Source: Thermoanaerobaculia bacterium (GTDB lineage: Bacteria; Acidobacteriota; Thermoanaerobaculia; Gp7-AA8). Taken from it: DNA of 56,106 nt. The notes below the pieces were generated by a model, which was given only the letters and a program-made list of their open reading frames with translations, was not told the origin of the DNA and searched no databases. The translations under genes and the position numbers were made by a program. The stretch's first letter is position 1. Every line of letters starts with the position of its first letter. The stretch spans positions 1-56,106 of the forward strand of contig DATEZA010000280.1 in the NCBI GenBank assembly GCA_035255945.1, written 5' to 3'. Positions 1 to 8,875 of the stretch are shown here, piece by piece.

Positions 1-143
1 GAATTTCGACCACTTCGCACTGCATGTCGCTCGCTCGATGAAGTTGCCGAATCGTGCCGTCTCACTCCATCACGCTCTACATCACGCCTTCAACTGACGC
101 CGTCTACGAACTTCCTATCCAGCCAAACAGCCAAACTCCAGAG

Positions 144-168
144 AGCGGCGGCATGGCCGCCGCACTCC
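144..168. repeat. REP-like half element (GGAGTGCGGCGGC family) overlapping the stop codon of the gene at 168-1049
   Basis: agcggcggcatggccgccgcactcc matches the right arms at 44410-44434 and 51058-51081; two CAGCCAAA units precede it at 120-135. Confidence 0.8.
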
Positions 169-1049
169 TATTTCCGCAGTTTGCGCAGCAGCTGGTGCAG
201 TTTGTCGAGGCCTGCGCGACGTTCCGCATCGCTTCCGGTCAGCAGGTCCTCGATCGATTGCAGCTCCGCGTAAACGTCCGGTTGCACGGCACTCACATCG
301 ATCGATGTCCCTGCCGTCGTTGGAGTTGCCGGCACGTGCAGATCGCCCTGCATCCGCGCAGCCATCGACCGCATCGACGGCACATCGCTGTGATCGAGCG
401 CCTTCGCGATCGCTTTCGCCGAGTTGACCGCATCGGCGTACGGACTGTCGGCGTTATCGAAGACCTTCGCTTGGATCAGCGTGAGCACGATATTGCCGTA
501 ACCGCCGTCTTTCGCAGCACGTACGTAGACGTGCGCGGTGACCTGACGGCCGATGTCGGGGATGTCGACGTTGCGCGTCTCACCCGCCTCCATCGTCGCC
601 TTGATCGGGAAGTTGACCGTCTTCGTCTGCGATGAGCCCTGCGGGATGTACTCGATCTCGGCGTTCTCGATCCAGAGCGGACGATTTTTCGTGACGACCA
701 TGCGCCGGTTCGGCAGTCCGATCGTCAACCGGTACGCGAACTCGCCGCGGATGTCGACCTTCGTCAGCCGTTCGTCGCTCGACGGCTCGATCGAATACGA
801 CTCCGAAGCGCGCGTCGCTTCCATCCGCTCGTAGCTCGCGTACGCGTACGTGCCGTCCGCGCGATGACCGCGAAGCAGCTCGATGTCTTCATTGATGATG
901 CGCCGCAGCAGGTCTTTCGGCAGATCGCCCTTGCTCGCCTCGGCGACGCGATCGATGACCTTCGCGTCGTCTGCAATGCGCGCGACCGGGACCGGGACCT
1001 GCTGCCCGAAAGCCCCCGTCGCAATCAGCGCAACGACAACCCATCTCAT
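168..1049 (-). CDS. Secreted hypothetical protein (293 aa)
   Basis: Hydrophobic signal-like N-terminus MRWVVVALIATGAFG; host-like codon usage; ATGA overlap with the deoB stop. Confidence 0.75.
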   Translation of the reverse strand: MRWVVVALIATGAFGQQVPVPVARIADDAKVIDRVAEASKGDLPKDLLRRIINEDIELLRGHRADGTYAYASYERMEATRASESYSIEPSSDERLTKVDIRGEFAYRLTIGLPNRRMVVTKNRPLWIENAEIEYIPQGSSQTKTVNFPIKATMEAGETRNVDIPDIGRQVTAHVYVRAAKDGGYGNIVLTLIQAKVFDNADSPYADAVNSAKAIAKALDHSDVPSMRSMAARMQGDLHVPATPTTAGTSIDVSAVQPDVYAELQSIEDLLTGSDAERRAGLDKLHQLLRKLRK

Positions 1050-2215
1050 TTCTTCACCCCCAGCTCACCCAGAGCGCTCTTGCCCGGCATGTCGTCGTGA
1101 CGCAGCCCGAGGTAGTCGCAGATCGTGGCGCCGAGATCGGCGAATGTGCTGCGAGTGCCGAGCGGCTTCTGTTCGGTGATCGCCGGACCGGCGACGAGCA
1201 TCGGGACGTACTCGCGCGTGTGGTCGGTCGAGACGTCGGTCGGATCGCAGCCGTGATCGGCGGTGATGAAGAGCAGATCGTCGGGCCGCATTACCTGCAG
1301 CAGTCCGGCGAGCTCCTGATCGAACGTCTCCAGCGCTTTTGCGTAGCCGTGCGCGTCGTTGCGATGGCCGTACTTCGAATCGAAGTCGACGAGGTTGGTG
1401 AAGATGAAGCCGGCGTTCGACTCGCGAATGAGATCGATCGTCTTGCGCATGCCGTCGGAGTTCGATTCGGTGCGGATCTCTTCGTCGATGCCGACGCGAT
1501 CGAAGATATCGGCGATCTTACCGAGTCCGACGACGCGCCTGCCGTTCTTCGACGCGCGCTCGACGACGGTCTCGCCGGTCGGCCTGACGGAGAAGTCCTT
1601 GCGATTTGCGGTGCGTTTGAACGCGCCTTTGCCCGGTCCGACGAACGGGCGCGCAATGATGCGTCCGATGTTGTGCTCGCCGCGCATGAGCTCACGCGCG
1701 ACGGCGCAAATCCGCCACAGCTCTTCGATCGGGATCACGTCCTCGTGCGCAGCGACCTGGAAGACCGAGTCCGCCGAGGTGTAGACGATCGGCGCGCCGG
1801 TGCGCATGTGCTCTTCGCCTAGCTCGTCGAGGATCACCGTGCCGCTCGCCGGCTTGTTGCCGAGCGTCTTCCGCCCGATGCGCTTCTCGTACTCGCGGAT
1901 GACTTCTTCCGGAAACCCGTTCGGATACGTGCGGAACGGATCCGTGACCACGAGCCCCATCATTTCCCAGTGCCCCGTCGTGGTGTCCTTGCCGGCGCTC
2001 ATCTCCGCCATCCGCCCGAACGCCGACCGCGGCGCCTCCCGGGTGGCCGGGGTGGGGAGGGTGTGGAGGAGCCCGAGCCTGGCGAGAGTGGGCAGGTTCG
2101 GATTCTCCGCGCGCAACACGTGGCCGAGGGTGTTGGAGCCCTCGTCACCAAAGTCTTTCGCGTCGGGAAGCTCGCCGACGCCGAGGGAATCGCAAACGAT
2201 GACTATGCTTCGCAT
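1046..2215 (-). CDS. deoB: Phosphopentomutase
   Basis: Motifs DSLGVGELPDA, GKDTTTGHWE, YTSADSVFQ, FTNLVDFDSKYGHRND, TADHGCDPT, DHTREYVP. Confidence 0.97.
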   Translation of the reverse strand: MRSIVIVCDSLGVGELPDAKDFGDEGSNTLGHVLRAENPNLPTLARLGLLHTLPTPATREAPRSAFGRMAEMSAGKDTTTGHWEMMGLVVTDPFRTYPNGFPEEVIREYEKRIGRKTLGNKPASGTVILDELGEEHMRTGAPIVYTSADSVFQVAAHEDVIPIEELWRICAVARELMRGEHNIGRIIARPFVGPGKGAFKRTANRKDFSVRPTGETVVERASKNGRRVVGLGKIADIFDRVGIDEEIRTESNSDGMRKTIDLIRESNAGFIFTNLVDFDSKYGHRNDAHGYAKALETFDQELAGLLQVMRPDDLLFITADHGCDPTDVSTDHTREYVPMLVAGPAITEQKPLGTRSTFADLGATICDYLGLRHDDMPGKSALGELGVKK

Positions 2216-2247
2216 GAGGGATGAAGGATGAAGGATGAGGGATGAGG
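2213..2247. repeat. Heptamer tandem array GGATGA(A/G) abutting the deoB start codon
   Basis: catgagggatgaaggatgaaggatgagggatgagg; a shorter version is at ~2555-2576. Confidence 0.85.
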
Positions 2248-2258
2248 CGTCAACGTTC

Positions 2259-2360
2259 GGAGCGCGGGCGTCCTCGCCCGCAGTCGTCGGGCGTCTCGCC
2301 CGGCGACAAATAGCGATCGGGCGAGACGCCCGCTCGCTGCGGACGAGACGTCCGCGCTCC
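2259..2360. repeat. REP/REPIN-like palindrome, GGAGCGCGGGCGTCC family (copy 1)
   Basis: Terminal inverted repeats ggagcgcgggcgtcctcgcccgca / tgcggacgagacgtccgcgctcc with an inner gggcgtctcgccc / gggcgagacgccc pair. Confidence 0.9.
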
Positions 2361-2586
2361 TCTCACCGCAAGTGCTCGTGCACCATCGGGCGCGCCGTCG
2401 GCGCTTCACCGATCTCGACGAACGACAGGAACTTCGTTCGAAGCTCGTCTGAATCGCGTTCAGGAGGCCGAGGGTGTTGGAGCCTCGTCGCCAAAGTCTT
2501 TCGCGTCGGAAGCTCGCCGACGCCGAGGGAATCGCAAACGATGACTATGCTTCGCATGAGGGATGAAGGATGAGGGGTCAACGTTC

Positions 2587-2688
2587 GGAGCGCGGGCGTC
2601 CTCGCCCGCAGTCGTCGGGCGTCTCGCCCGGCGACAAATAGCGATCGGGCGAGACGCCCGCTCGCTGCGGACGAGACGTCCGCGCTCC
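2587..2688. repeat. REP/REPIN-like palindrome, GGAGCGCGGGCGTCC family (copy 2), 2 nt from the deoA stop
   Basis: Same sequence as 2259-2360. Confidence 0.9.
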
Positions 2689-2690
2689 TC

Positions 2691-4001
2691 TCACCGCAAA
2701 TGCTCGTGCACCATCGGGCGCGCCGTCGGCGCTTCGCCGATCTCGACGAACGACAGGAACTTCGTTCGAAGCTCCTCCGCGTCGCGCTCCTTTTTGCCGA
2801 GCTGGATGCGTGCGATCACATCGCCGGCGCGCACTTCATCGCCCACATTCCGATCAAACATCACGCCGGCGGCGTAGTCGATTTCGTCGTCGGCTTTTTT
2901 GCGGCCGGCGCCGAGGTCGACGGTGAACATGCCGGCCTGGTAGGTATCGATGGCGAAAATAACGCCGGATTGCGGGGCTTTCACCTCAATCGTCGTGCGC
3001 GGGGTGGGCAACAACGAGTAGTCATCGACGACGGATGCATCTCCGCCCTGCGCGGTGATCCACTTGCGCGCCTGATCGAGTGCGCGGCCGGAGCGGAGCG
3101 CGTCTTCCAAAGCGGCGCGCGCGGAAGATTCGTCGAAGCGGCCGGACATCACGAGAATGCGCTCGGCTTGCGCGCGCGTCACCTCTTCCACATCCGCGGG
3201 ACCTTTGCCCTTCAGCACTTCGATCGTCTCGATGATCTCGTTCGCGTTGCCGGCGGCGACACCGAGCGGGCGGTCCATGTCGGTGATCAGCGCCTCGACC
3301 TTCGTGCCGGACCCTTCCGCCGCCGCGATCAACGACTGCGCGAGCGCCTTCGAATCCTGGTACTTGCGCATGAACGCACCGCTGCCGGTCTTCACATCGA
3401 GGATCAGCGCGGATGCACCCATCGCGAGCTTCTTCGACATGATCGACGCCGTGATCAGCGGCAGCGATTCGACCGTCCCCGTCACATCGCGCAGCGCATA
3501 GATCTTCTTGTCCGCCGGCGCAATGCCTTCCGTCGATGTCGAAATCACGCAGAGCACGTCGTTCACGCAGCGCTCGAACTCCTCGCGTGACAGCCGCGCG
3601 TTGAAGCGCGGGATCGCTTCGAGCTTGTCGAGCGTGCCGCCGGTGTGACCGAGGCCGCGGCCGGAGAGCATGCCGATCTTGATGCCGCATGCGGCGACCC
3701 ACGGCGAGAGCACGAGCGAGACCTTGTCGCCGACGCCGCCGGTGGAGTGCTTGTCGGCGATGAAATCGTACGAATCGCGCAGGTGCCACTGCTCGCCGGA
3801 GCGGAGCATCGCCTGCGTCAGCGTCGCCATCTCGGCACCGGTCATGCCGTTGATCGCGATCGCCATCAGCAGCGCCGACATCTGGTAATCGGGAATCGTT
3901 CCGCGCGTGTAGCCGTCGATGAAGAACTCGATCTCGCGCGGCTCGAGGGGCGCACCGCGCCGCTTGCGGTTGAGGAGCTCGTAAACGCTGTAGTCGCTCA
4001 T
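2691..4001 (-). CDS. deoA: Thymidine/pyrimidine-nucleoside phosphorylase
   Basis: Motifs DKHSTGGVGDK, SGRGLGHTGGTLDKLE, LYALRDVT-like IYALRDVTGTV, ASIMSKK, LDVKTGSGAFM; adjacent to deoB. Confidence 0.96.
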   Translation of the reverse strand: MSDYSVYELLNRKRRGAPLEPREIEFFIDGYTRGTIPDYQMSALLMAIAINGMTGAEMATLTQAMLRSGEQWHLRDSYDFIADKHSTGGVGDKVSLVLSPWVAACGIKIGMLSGRGLGHTGGTLDKLEAIPRFNARLSREEFERCVNDVLCVISTSTEGIAPADKKIYALRDVTGTVESLPLITASIMSKKLAMGASALILDVKTGSGAFMRKYQDSKALAQSLIAAAEGSGTKVEALITDMDRPLGVAAGNANEIIETIEVLKGKGPADVEEVTRAQAERILVMSGRFDESSARAALEDALRSGRALDQARKWITAQGGDASVVDDYSLLPTPRTTIEVKAPQSGVIFAIDTYQAGMFTVDLGAGRKKADDEIDYAAGVMFDRNVGDEVRAGDVIARIQLGKKERDAEELRTKFLSFVEIGEAPTARPMVHEHLR

Positions 4002-4024
4002 GGTCGCGGTAGCATACCGCGCGC

Positions 4025-4702
4025 GTGAAAGCCGTCATCCTCCTCAGCGGCGGACTCGATTCCGCGACCGTCCTGGCGCTCGCCCGCAGCGAAGGGCGCG
4101 AGTGCCACGCGCTGTCAATCATCTATGGACAGCGGCACGAGATCGAGATGAGCGCAGCGAAACGCGTGGCGCAGACGATGAACGTTGCGGAGCACATCAT
4201 CGAGACGCTCGACCTGCGCATCTTCGGTGCGAGCGCGCTGACTGCGGACATCGATGTCCCGAAGGACTCCGTCGGCGCGCCGGGCATCCCGATCACGTAC
4301 GTCCCGGCGCGCAACACGATCTTCCTGGCGCTCGCGCTCGGATTCGCCGAGGCGCGCGGGGCGCAGGAGATCTGGCTGGGTGTGAATGCGGTCGACTACA
4401 GCGGATATCCGGACTGCCGTCCGGAGTTTCTCGACGCATTTCAGCAGGTCATTCTCCGCGGAACGCGCAGCGGCATCGAACAGGGCGAGCCGCGCATCGT
4501 CGCGCCGCTGGTGCAGCTTTCGAAAGCGGACATCATCCGCAAAGGCATCGAGCTCGGCGTCGACTATTCGATGACCCATTCGTGCTACGACCCGGGCGTG
4601 GACGGACTCGCCTGCGGCCACTGCGATTCGTGCATCCTGCGCAGACGCGGATTCGAAGAGGCGGGCGTGACCGATCCGACTCACTATGCGCGTCCGACTT
4701 AG
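4025..4702 (+). CDS. queC: 7-cyano-7-deazaguanine synthase
   Basis: LLSGGLDSAT, YGQRH, TYVPARN, YPDCRPEF, SCY and CGHCDSC zinc motif. Confidence 0.97.
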   Translation: MKAVILLSGGLDSATVLALARSEGRECHALSIIYGQRHEIEMSAAKRVAQTMNVAEHIIETLDLRIFGASALTADIDVPKDSVGAPGIPITYVPARNTIFLALALGFAEARGAQEIWLGVNAVDYSGYPDCRPEFLDAFQQVILRGTRSGIEQGEPRIVAPLVQLSKADIIRKGIELGVDYSMTHSCYDPGVDGLACGHCDSCILRRRGFEEAGVTDPTHYARPT

Positions 4703-6932
4703 CGTTTTGCTCGCAGCCGGAGCGACGATCGCGGCGGCGCTGCTGCGTCTCCCGCATCTGGACCGCACCAGTTTCTGGCTCGACGAGATCATCGACTTCG
4801 ACGCGGCCACGAAGATCATGCATGCGCGGTGGTGGAGCTGGATCACCGGCTTCGGACGAGAGCATGGTCCGCTCTTCTTCGCCACCCAACTGTGCGGCCG
4901 GATCTTCTCCAGCCCGGAGCTCGCGGCACGCATCGCTCCGGCAGTTTTCGGCGTACTGACGATTCCGATGTTGTGGCTCGCCGCGCGCGAGACTCGCGCC
5001 ACGACGACGACGGCGACGGCCGCCGCGCTCCTTCTCGCGATCTCACCCCTGCACGTCTACTACAGCCGCGAGGCCCGTCCGTACGGATTGCTGATGCTGC
5101 TTGCGACACTGGCGTTGATCGCGCTGTTGCGGCGAAACATCGTGCTGTTCGGCGTAGCGATGATCGCGGCGGCGTACACGACCGGAGTCTCGGGTCCGCT
5201 GATCGTTGCCGCGGGAATCGGCGCCGGCGCGGCCGCCGTGCTCACGCGCGATCGTCCGCTGCGCGCGCGTTACGCGATCGCCGTCGCATCCTGCATCGCC
5301 ACGAGCGGTGTGGTCACATGGCTCTATCGCGAGAGGCCGAACACATCGGGCGCTTTTCCGCCGTTGAACGCGCGATTCTTCAACGAGCTCGCGCAGTCAT
5401 TCGCATCGCAGGTGCTGCCGCCGTTCGACACGCCGCGCGCCGCGTATGCGATGCTGCTGCTCGCCATCGCCGGCGCGATTCATCTCCTGCGGCGGGACCG
5501 GGTCAACGGCGCGATCGTGACCGCGTTCGCCATCGGGCCGGTGGCCGTCGGCCTGAGCGCACTGGCATATCTGCGCCACTTTTACAACGTCCGCTACATC
5601 TGCTGTGCGCTGCCCGCGTACCTTCTGCTCGCCGCGACGGGACTGGCGGCCATCGCGTCGTGGGCGAAACGCGAGACGGTCGCCGTCGCGATCGCGGCCG
5701 CGGCATTGCTGGCGTTGGGCGGTGAAATGCTGCCGGCCGCGCGCGAGGAGTCGTATCGCAAATTCGACTGGCGCAGCGCCGCGTCCACCATCTGGCATCA
5801 CGCCGCGCCGGGCGACGCGGTGCTGACCGAGAACGGCTGGACGACCATTTGTCTGGAGTTTTATCTGCGGCAGTTCCCGCCGCGTGTTGAGATCGCGAAC
5901 GCCGCCGAATCGATGGCCATCGCCGGTCACTGGTACCGGACGCACACGCCGCTGTGGATCGTCCGCGCGGGCTACGAGCCCGATTCGTCCGTCTCGGCGT
6001 GGAGCTGCGGCTTTCCCCTCCTCCTGGCGAACCGGCGTGAGGATTTCCGGGTGCACTACGCGCCATCGCTCGCGCACTTCCTGCAGAACCGCGCTCTCGC
6101 CTCGGAGCTGCGCACGCTCAGCGAACAATCCGACGGCGGCTGTTCGATTCTGTTTGGGCCGGACGATGCCGTGTTTGCCATCAGCGGCTGGGCGGGGATC
6201 GAGGGAGCTCCGGGTGGATATCGGCGCTGGGCTGTGAATCACGAGTCGACGGTCCTTCTGCCCATCCGCGGAGCAGCCGATCGCACGATCCGATTCCTCG
6301 CCATGCCGGCGGGCCACGAGCAACGCGTCCGACTCTCGCTCGACGGCCACGACCTCGGCGGGCTCGCGATGAAGCAAGGCTGGAACAACTACGAGGTCGC
6401 CGCTCCAGAGAGCGTGTGGACCGGATTCCGCCACACGCTGACCATGCACTTCGACCAGACCCTCACACCGTCGAGGATCGATCCGCGCTCGAACGACACG
6501 CGCGCGTTGAGCGCGATGTTCGAGAGTATTTCCATCGCTTCGCCGCACGCCGCGCCTCCGGCTCCGCTGCCGCTCCATCCGATCCGCTTGCAGGAATTCG
6601 ATGCGCGAATCGAGAGTCAGCCGTCGCGTTACACATTCGCGGGCGCGGATCCGCGCGCACTGCGCCGGCTCATCGCCCGGCTCGGATTCGATCCCGAGCT
6701 CACTGCCGGCCGGATGACGGTCGAGCAAATGACTGACGCGTTCCTCGATCAATCGGCCTGCATGGACGATGCGACCTTCGCCCGTCACGCATACTGGGCA
6801 TTGGCCGGCCGCGACATCGGTGAGCCGTACGCGCGCTGGCTCGCCGCGCACTGGCAGGACCGCGGGGAACGAGTCCGGCTGCTTCGGGGGATCATGGAGA
6901 CACCGCAATTTCCGGTTCCACGCGCGAAGTAA
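4686..6932 (+). CDS. GT-C (GT39/PMT-like) multipass glycosyltransferase with C-terminal beta-sandwich and DUF4214-like segment
   Basis: SFWLDE, HGPLFF, YYSREARPYGL motifs and ~11 hydrophobic segments; soluble GW..E..RW...DTRAL domain; terminal FARHAYWALAGR...W...R..L...ETPQF. Confidence 0.85.
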   Translation: MRVRLSVLLAAGATIAAALLRLPHLDRTSFWLDEIIDFDAATKIMHARWWSWITGFGREHGPLFFATQLCGRIFSSPELAARIAPAVFGVLTIPMLWLAARETRATTTTATAAALLLAISPLHVYYSREARPYGLLMLLATLALIALLRRNIVLFGVAMIAAAYTTGVSGPLIVAAGIGAGAAAVLTRDRPLRARYAIAVASCIATSGVVTWLYRERPNTSGAFPPLNARFFNELAQSFASQVLPPFDTPRAAYAMLLLAIAGAIHLLRRDRVNGAIVTAFAIGPVAVGLSALAYLRHFYNVRYICCALPAYLLLAATGLAAIASWAKRETVAVAIAAAALLALGGEMLPAAREESYRKFDWRSAASTIWHHAAPGDAVLTENGWTTICLEFYLRQFPPRVEIANAAESMAIAGHWYRTHTPLWIVRAGYEPDSSVSAWSCGFPLLLANRREDFRVHYAPSLAHFLQNRALASELRTLSEQSDGGCSILFGPDDAVFAISGWAGIEGAPGGYRRWAVNHESTVLLPIRGAADRTIRFLAMPAGHEQRVRLSLDGHDLGGLAMKQGWNNYEVAAPESVWTGFRHTLTMHFDQTLTPSRIDPRSNDTRALSAMFESISIASPHAAPPAPLPLHPIRLQEFDARIESQPSRYTFAGADPRALRRLIARLGFDPELTAGRMTVEQMTDAFLDQSACMDDATFARHAYWALAGRDIGEPYARWLAAHWQDRGERVRLLRGIMETPQFPVPRAK

Positions 6933-6938
6933 CATTCC

Positions 6939-7577
6939 ATGGCGATGCGCATCACCGAGATCTTCTTCAGCATCCAGGGCGAGTCCTCCCATGCCGGCCG
7001 CCCGTGCGTCTTCGTCCGCCTGACCGGCTGCAACCTGCGCTGCGTCTGGTGCGATTCGGAGTACACGTTCACCGGCGGCGAGCGGATGCCGATCGACGAG
7101 ATCCTCGATCGCGTGAAGGGCTACGGATGCAATCTCGTTGAGGTCACCGGCGGCGAGCCGCTCGCACAGGCGGAGTCGTTCGAGCTCATCAAGCGACTGT
7201 GCGACGAAGGCCACGAAGTGCTGATCGAGACCTCGGGATCGATCGATGTCACGCCAGTCGATCCGCGCGCGAAGCTGATCCTCGACGTCAAATGTCCCGG
7301 CTCGGGCGAAGTCTCGAAGAACCGCTGGGAAAATCTCGACATCCTCCGGCCGCACGATGAGATCAAGTTCGTCATCGCCGATCGCGCCGACTACGAATGG
7401 GCGCGCAACGTCGTCGCGGAGCGCAAGCTCGAGCGCTGGACCGTGCTCTTCTCGCCGGTGTGGGAACGGATGGACATGAAAGCGCTCGCCGAATGGATGC
7501 TCGCCGATCACGTTCCCGCGCGGTTCCAGACGCAACTGCACAAGCACATCTGGGGAGCTGATGTAAAAGGAGTGTGA
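6939..7577 (+). CDS. queE: 7-carboxy-7-deazaguanine synthase (radical SAM)
   Basis: EIFFSIQGE, VFVRLTGCNLRCVWCD (CX3CX2C), VTGGEPL, IETSG, QLHKHIW. Confidence 0.96.
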   Translation: MAMRITEIFFSIQGESSHAGRPCVFVRLTGCNLRCVWCDSEYTFTGGERMPIDEILDRVKGYGCNLVEVTGGEPLAQAESFELIKRLCDEGHEVLIETSGSIDVTPVDPRAKLILDVKCPGSGEVSKNRWENLDILRPHDEIKFVIADRADYEWARNVVAERKLERWTVLFSPVWERMDMKALAEWMLADHVPARFQTQLHKHIWGADVKGV

Positions 7578-7978
7578 TGAGCTCACCGAAACTCGATCAC
7601 ATCGGAATCGCCGTTCGCTCGCTCGACGCGACGAAGATCTACGAAGCGCTCGGCCTCTCGGTGCAACACACCGAAGTCGTCGAGACGCAGAGAGTCCGCA
7701 CCGCATTTCTCTCGGTCGGCGATTCGAATCTCGAACTACTCGAGCCGACCAGTCCCGATTCGACCATCGCGAAATTCATCGAAAAGCGCGGCGAAGGGAT
7801 TCATCACATCTGCCTGCGCGTCGACGACATCGAATCGCATCTCGCGCGTTTGAAGGCGGAAGGCTATCGATTGATCAATGAGCATCCGGTGCCGGGCGCG
7901 CACGGATGCCGCGTCGCGTTTCTGCATCCTGCCGCGGGCAACGGCGTGCTGATCGAATTGAGCGAGAAGATCGAATGA
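7577..7978 (+). CDS. mce: Methylmalonyl-CoA epimerase (VOC family)
   Basis: LDHIGIAV, LELLEP, KFIEKRGEGIHHICLRV, AFLHP..GNGVLIEL. Confidence 0.92.
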   Translation: MSSPKLDHIGIAVRSLDATKIYEALGLSVQHTEVVETQRVRTAFLSVGDSNLELLEPTSPDSTIAKFIEKRGEGIHHICLRVDDIESHLARLKAEGYRLINEHPVPGAHGCRVAFLHPAAGNGVLIELSEKIE

Positions 7979-8292
7979 TCGAGGGCTTCGAGCAATCGTC
8001 GCTGGTGATCCTGAACCTGGTGAACCCGAAGGAGAAATTCTTCGGCGTTCTCGGCTCGCTCTCCGCCGCCGGCGTGACCATTCGCGCCATCAATCTCGAT
8101 TCCTTCGAAGACTGGATTCGCCAGATCGCGCACAGTGAAGAGGAGCCGGAGATCATCATGGTGACGATGTTCATTCCGCTGTTTCGCGTGGAGCGCATTT
8201 TTCTCGATGAACCGGCGGGAACGATCAAGTCATACGGTGAGCGATTCGAGGACGTCGTAGGGATGCCGGTGAGGAAGTATCTGGGGCTTTAG
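7975..8292 (+). CDS. Hypothetical protein (105 aa), possible Sm/LSm-like fold
   Basis: ATGA overlap with the mce stop; beta-rich pattern VILNLVNPKEKFFGVL...MFIPLFRVERI. Confidence 0.75.
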   Translation: MIEGFEQSSLVILNLVNPKEKFFGVLGSLSAAGVTIRAINLDSFEDWIRQIAHSEEEPEIIMVTMFIPLFRVERIFLDEPAGTIKSYGERFEDVVGMPVRKYLGL

Positions 8293-8341
8293 TGATAGTC
8301 TCCGCGGTCGCAGAAAACGACCCACGGAGGCAGTTCCCATC

Positions 8342-8875
8342 ATGCGAAAAATCCCGGCCATCGCACTGATCGCCGTCGCGTTTTTCATCGGTTGCACGAA
8401 AGAAAAATCGGGACCGGACGAATCGACGTTCGCGTTCGTCGTCTATCCCGGCGCGAAGTACCTCTCGCAGGTGAGCGATCTCTTCAAGCAGGCGCACAAA
8501 GTGCTCAAGCCGAGCGAGGAGCCGCCGGCCACCGCGGTCTACGACACCGATGCACCGATCGACGACGTCGCGAATTACTACGCGCAGTCGTACGGCTACG
8601 GAAAAGTCGCTGCCGATTCGACGAACAACCTCAGCGCGGCGAAGCCGGCCGCGTACTTCCGCACCGGTGATCTCGCCGGCGACACGAAGGCGACCGAGGA
8701 GATCATGAAGAAGGTCGGGATCAATCCGGATGTCACCAAGGCAACCGGCTCGTACCGCGCGGCGGAGATCGAAGCGAAACCGAATCGCCCGCGCGTGACG
8801 ATCCAGCGTCCGTACTTCGATCCGACCAAGTCGCAGGTCGTCGACCGCACGCTGATCCTGATGTTCAGACAATGA
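8342..8875 (+). CDS. Hypothetical lipoprotein
   Basis: Signal peptide with lipobox FFIG-C; GGAGG upstream. Confidence 0.8.
   Translation: MRKIPAIALIAVAFFIGCTKEKSGPDESTFAFVVYPGAKYLSQVSDLFKQAHKVLKPSEEPPATAVYDTDAPIDDVANYYAQSYGYGKVAADSTNNLSAAKPAAYFRTGDLAGDTKATEEIMKKVGINPDVTKATGSYRAAEIEAKPNRPRVTIQRPYFDPTKSQVVDRTLILMFRQ

Larger units (their letters stand above)
2122..2774. repeat. Imperfect tandem duplication (2122-2446 and 2466-2774) of deoB 5' end, heptamer array, REP and deoA 3' end
   Basis: Direct comparison: same sequence with 3 coding-region substitutions, 2 single-base indels and 14 bp fewer heptamer in copy 2; 19-bp junction. Confidence 0.95.

Noticed and set aside
1-143. RAYT/IS200 transposase fragment next to the first REP half
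   Set aside because: No HUH or catalytic Tyr motif is recognisable in any frame of this short segment.
4002-4024. preQ1 riboswitch upstream of queC
   Set aside because: Only 23 bp separate the divergent starts, and there is no stem or A-rich tail.
4025-7577. GT-C enzyme glycosylating queuosine or 7-deazaguanine
   Set aside because: GT-C enzymes work on the outer membrane face with lipid-linked donors, while preQ0 chemistry is cytoplasmic. No queD, tgt or dpd genes are in the window.
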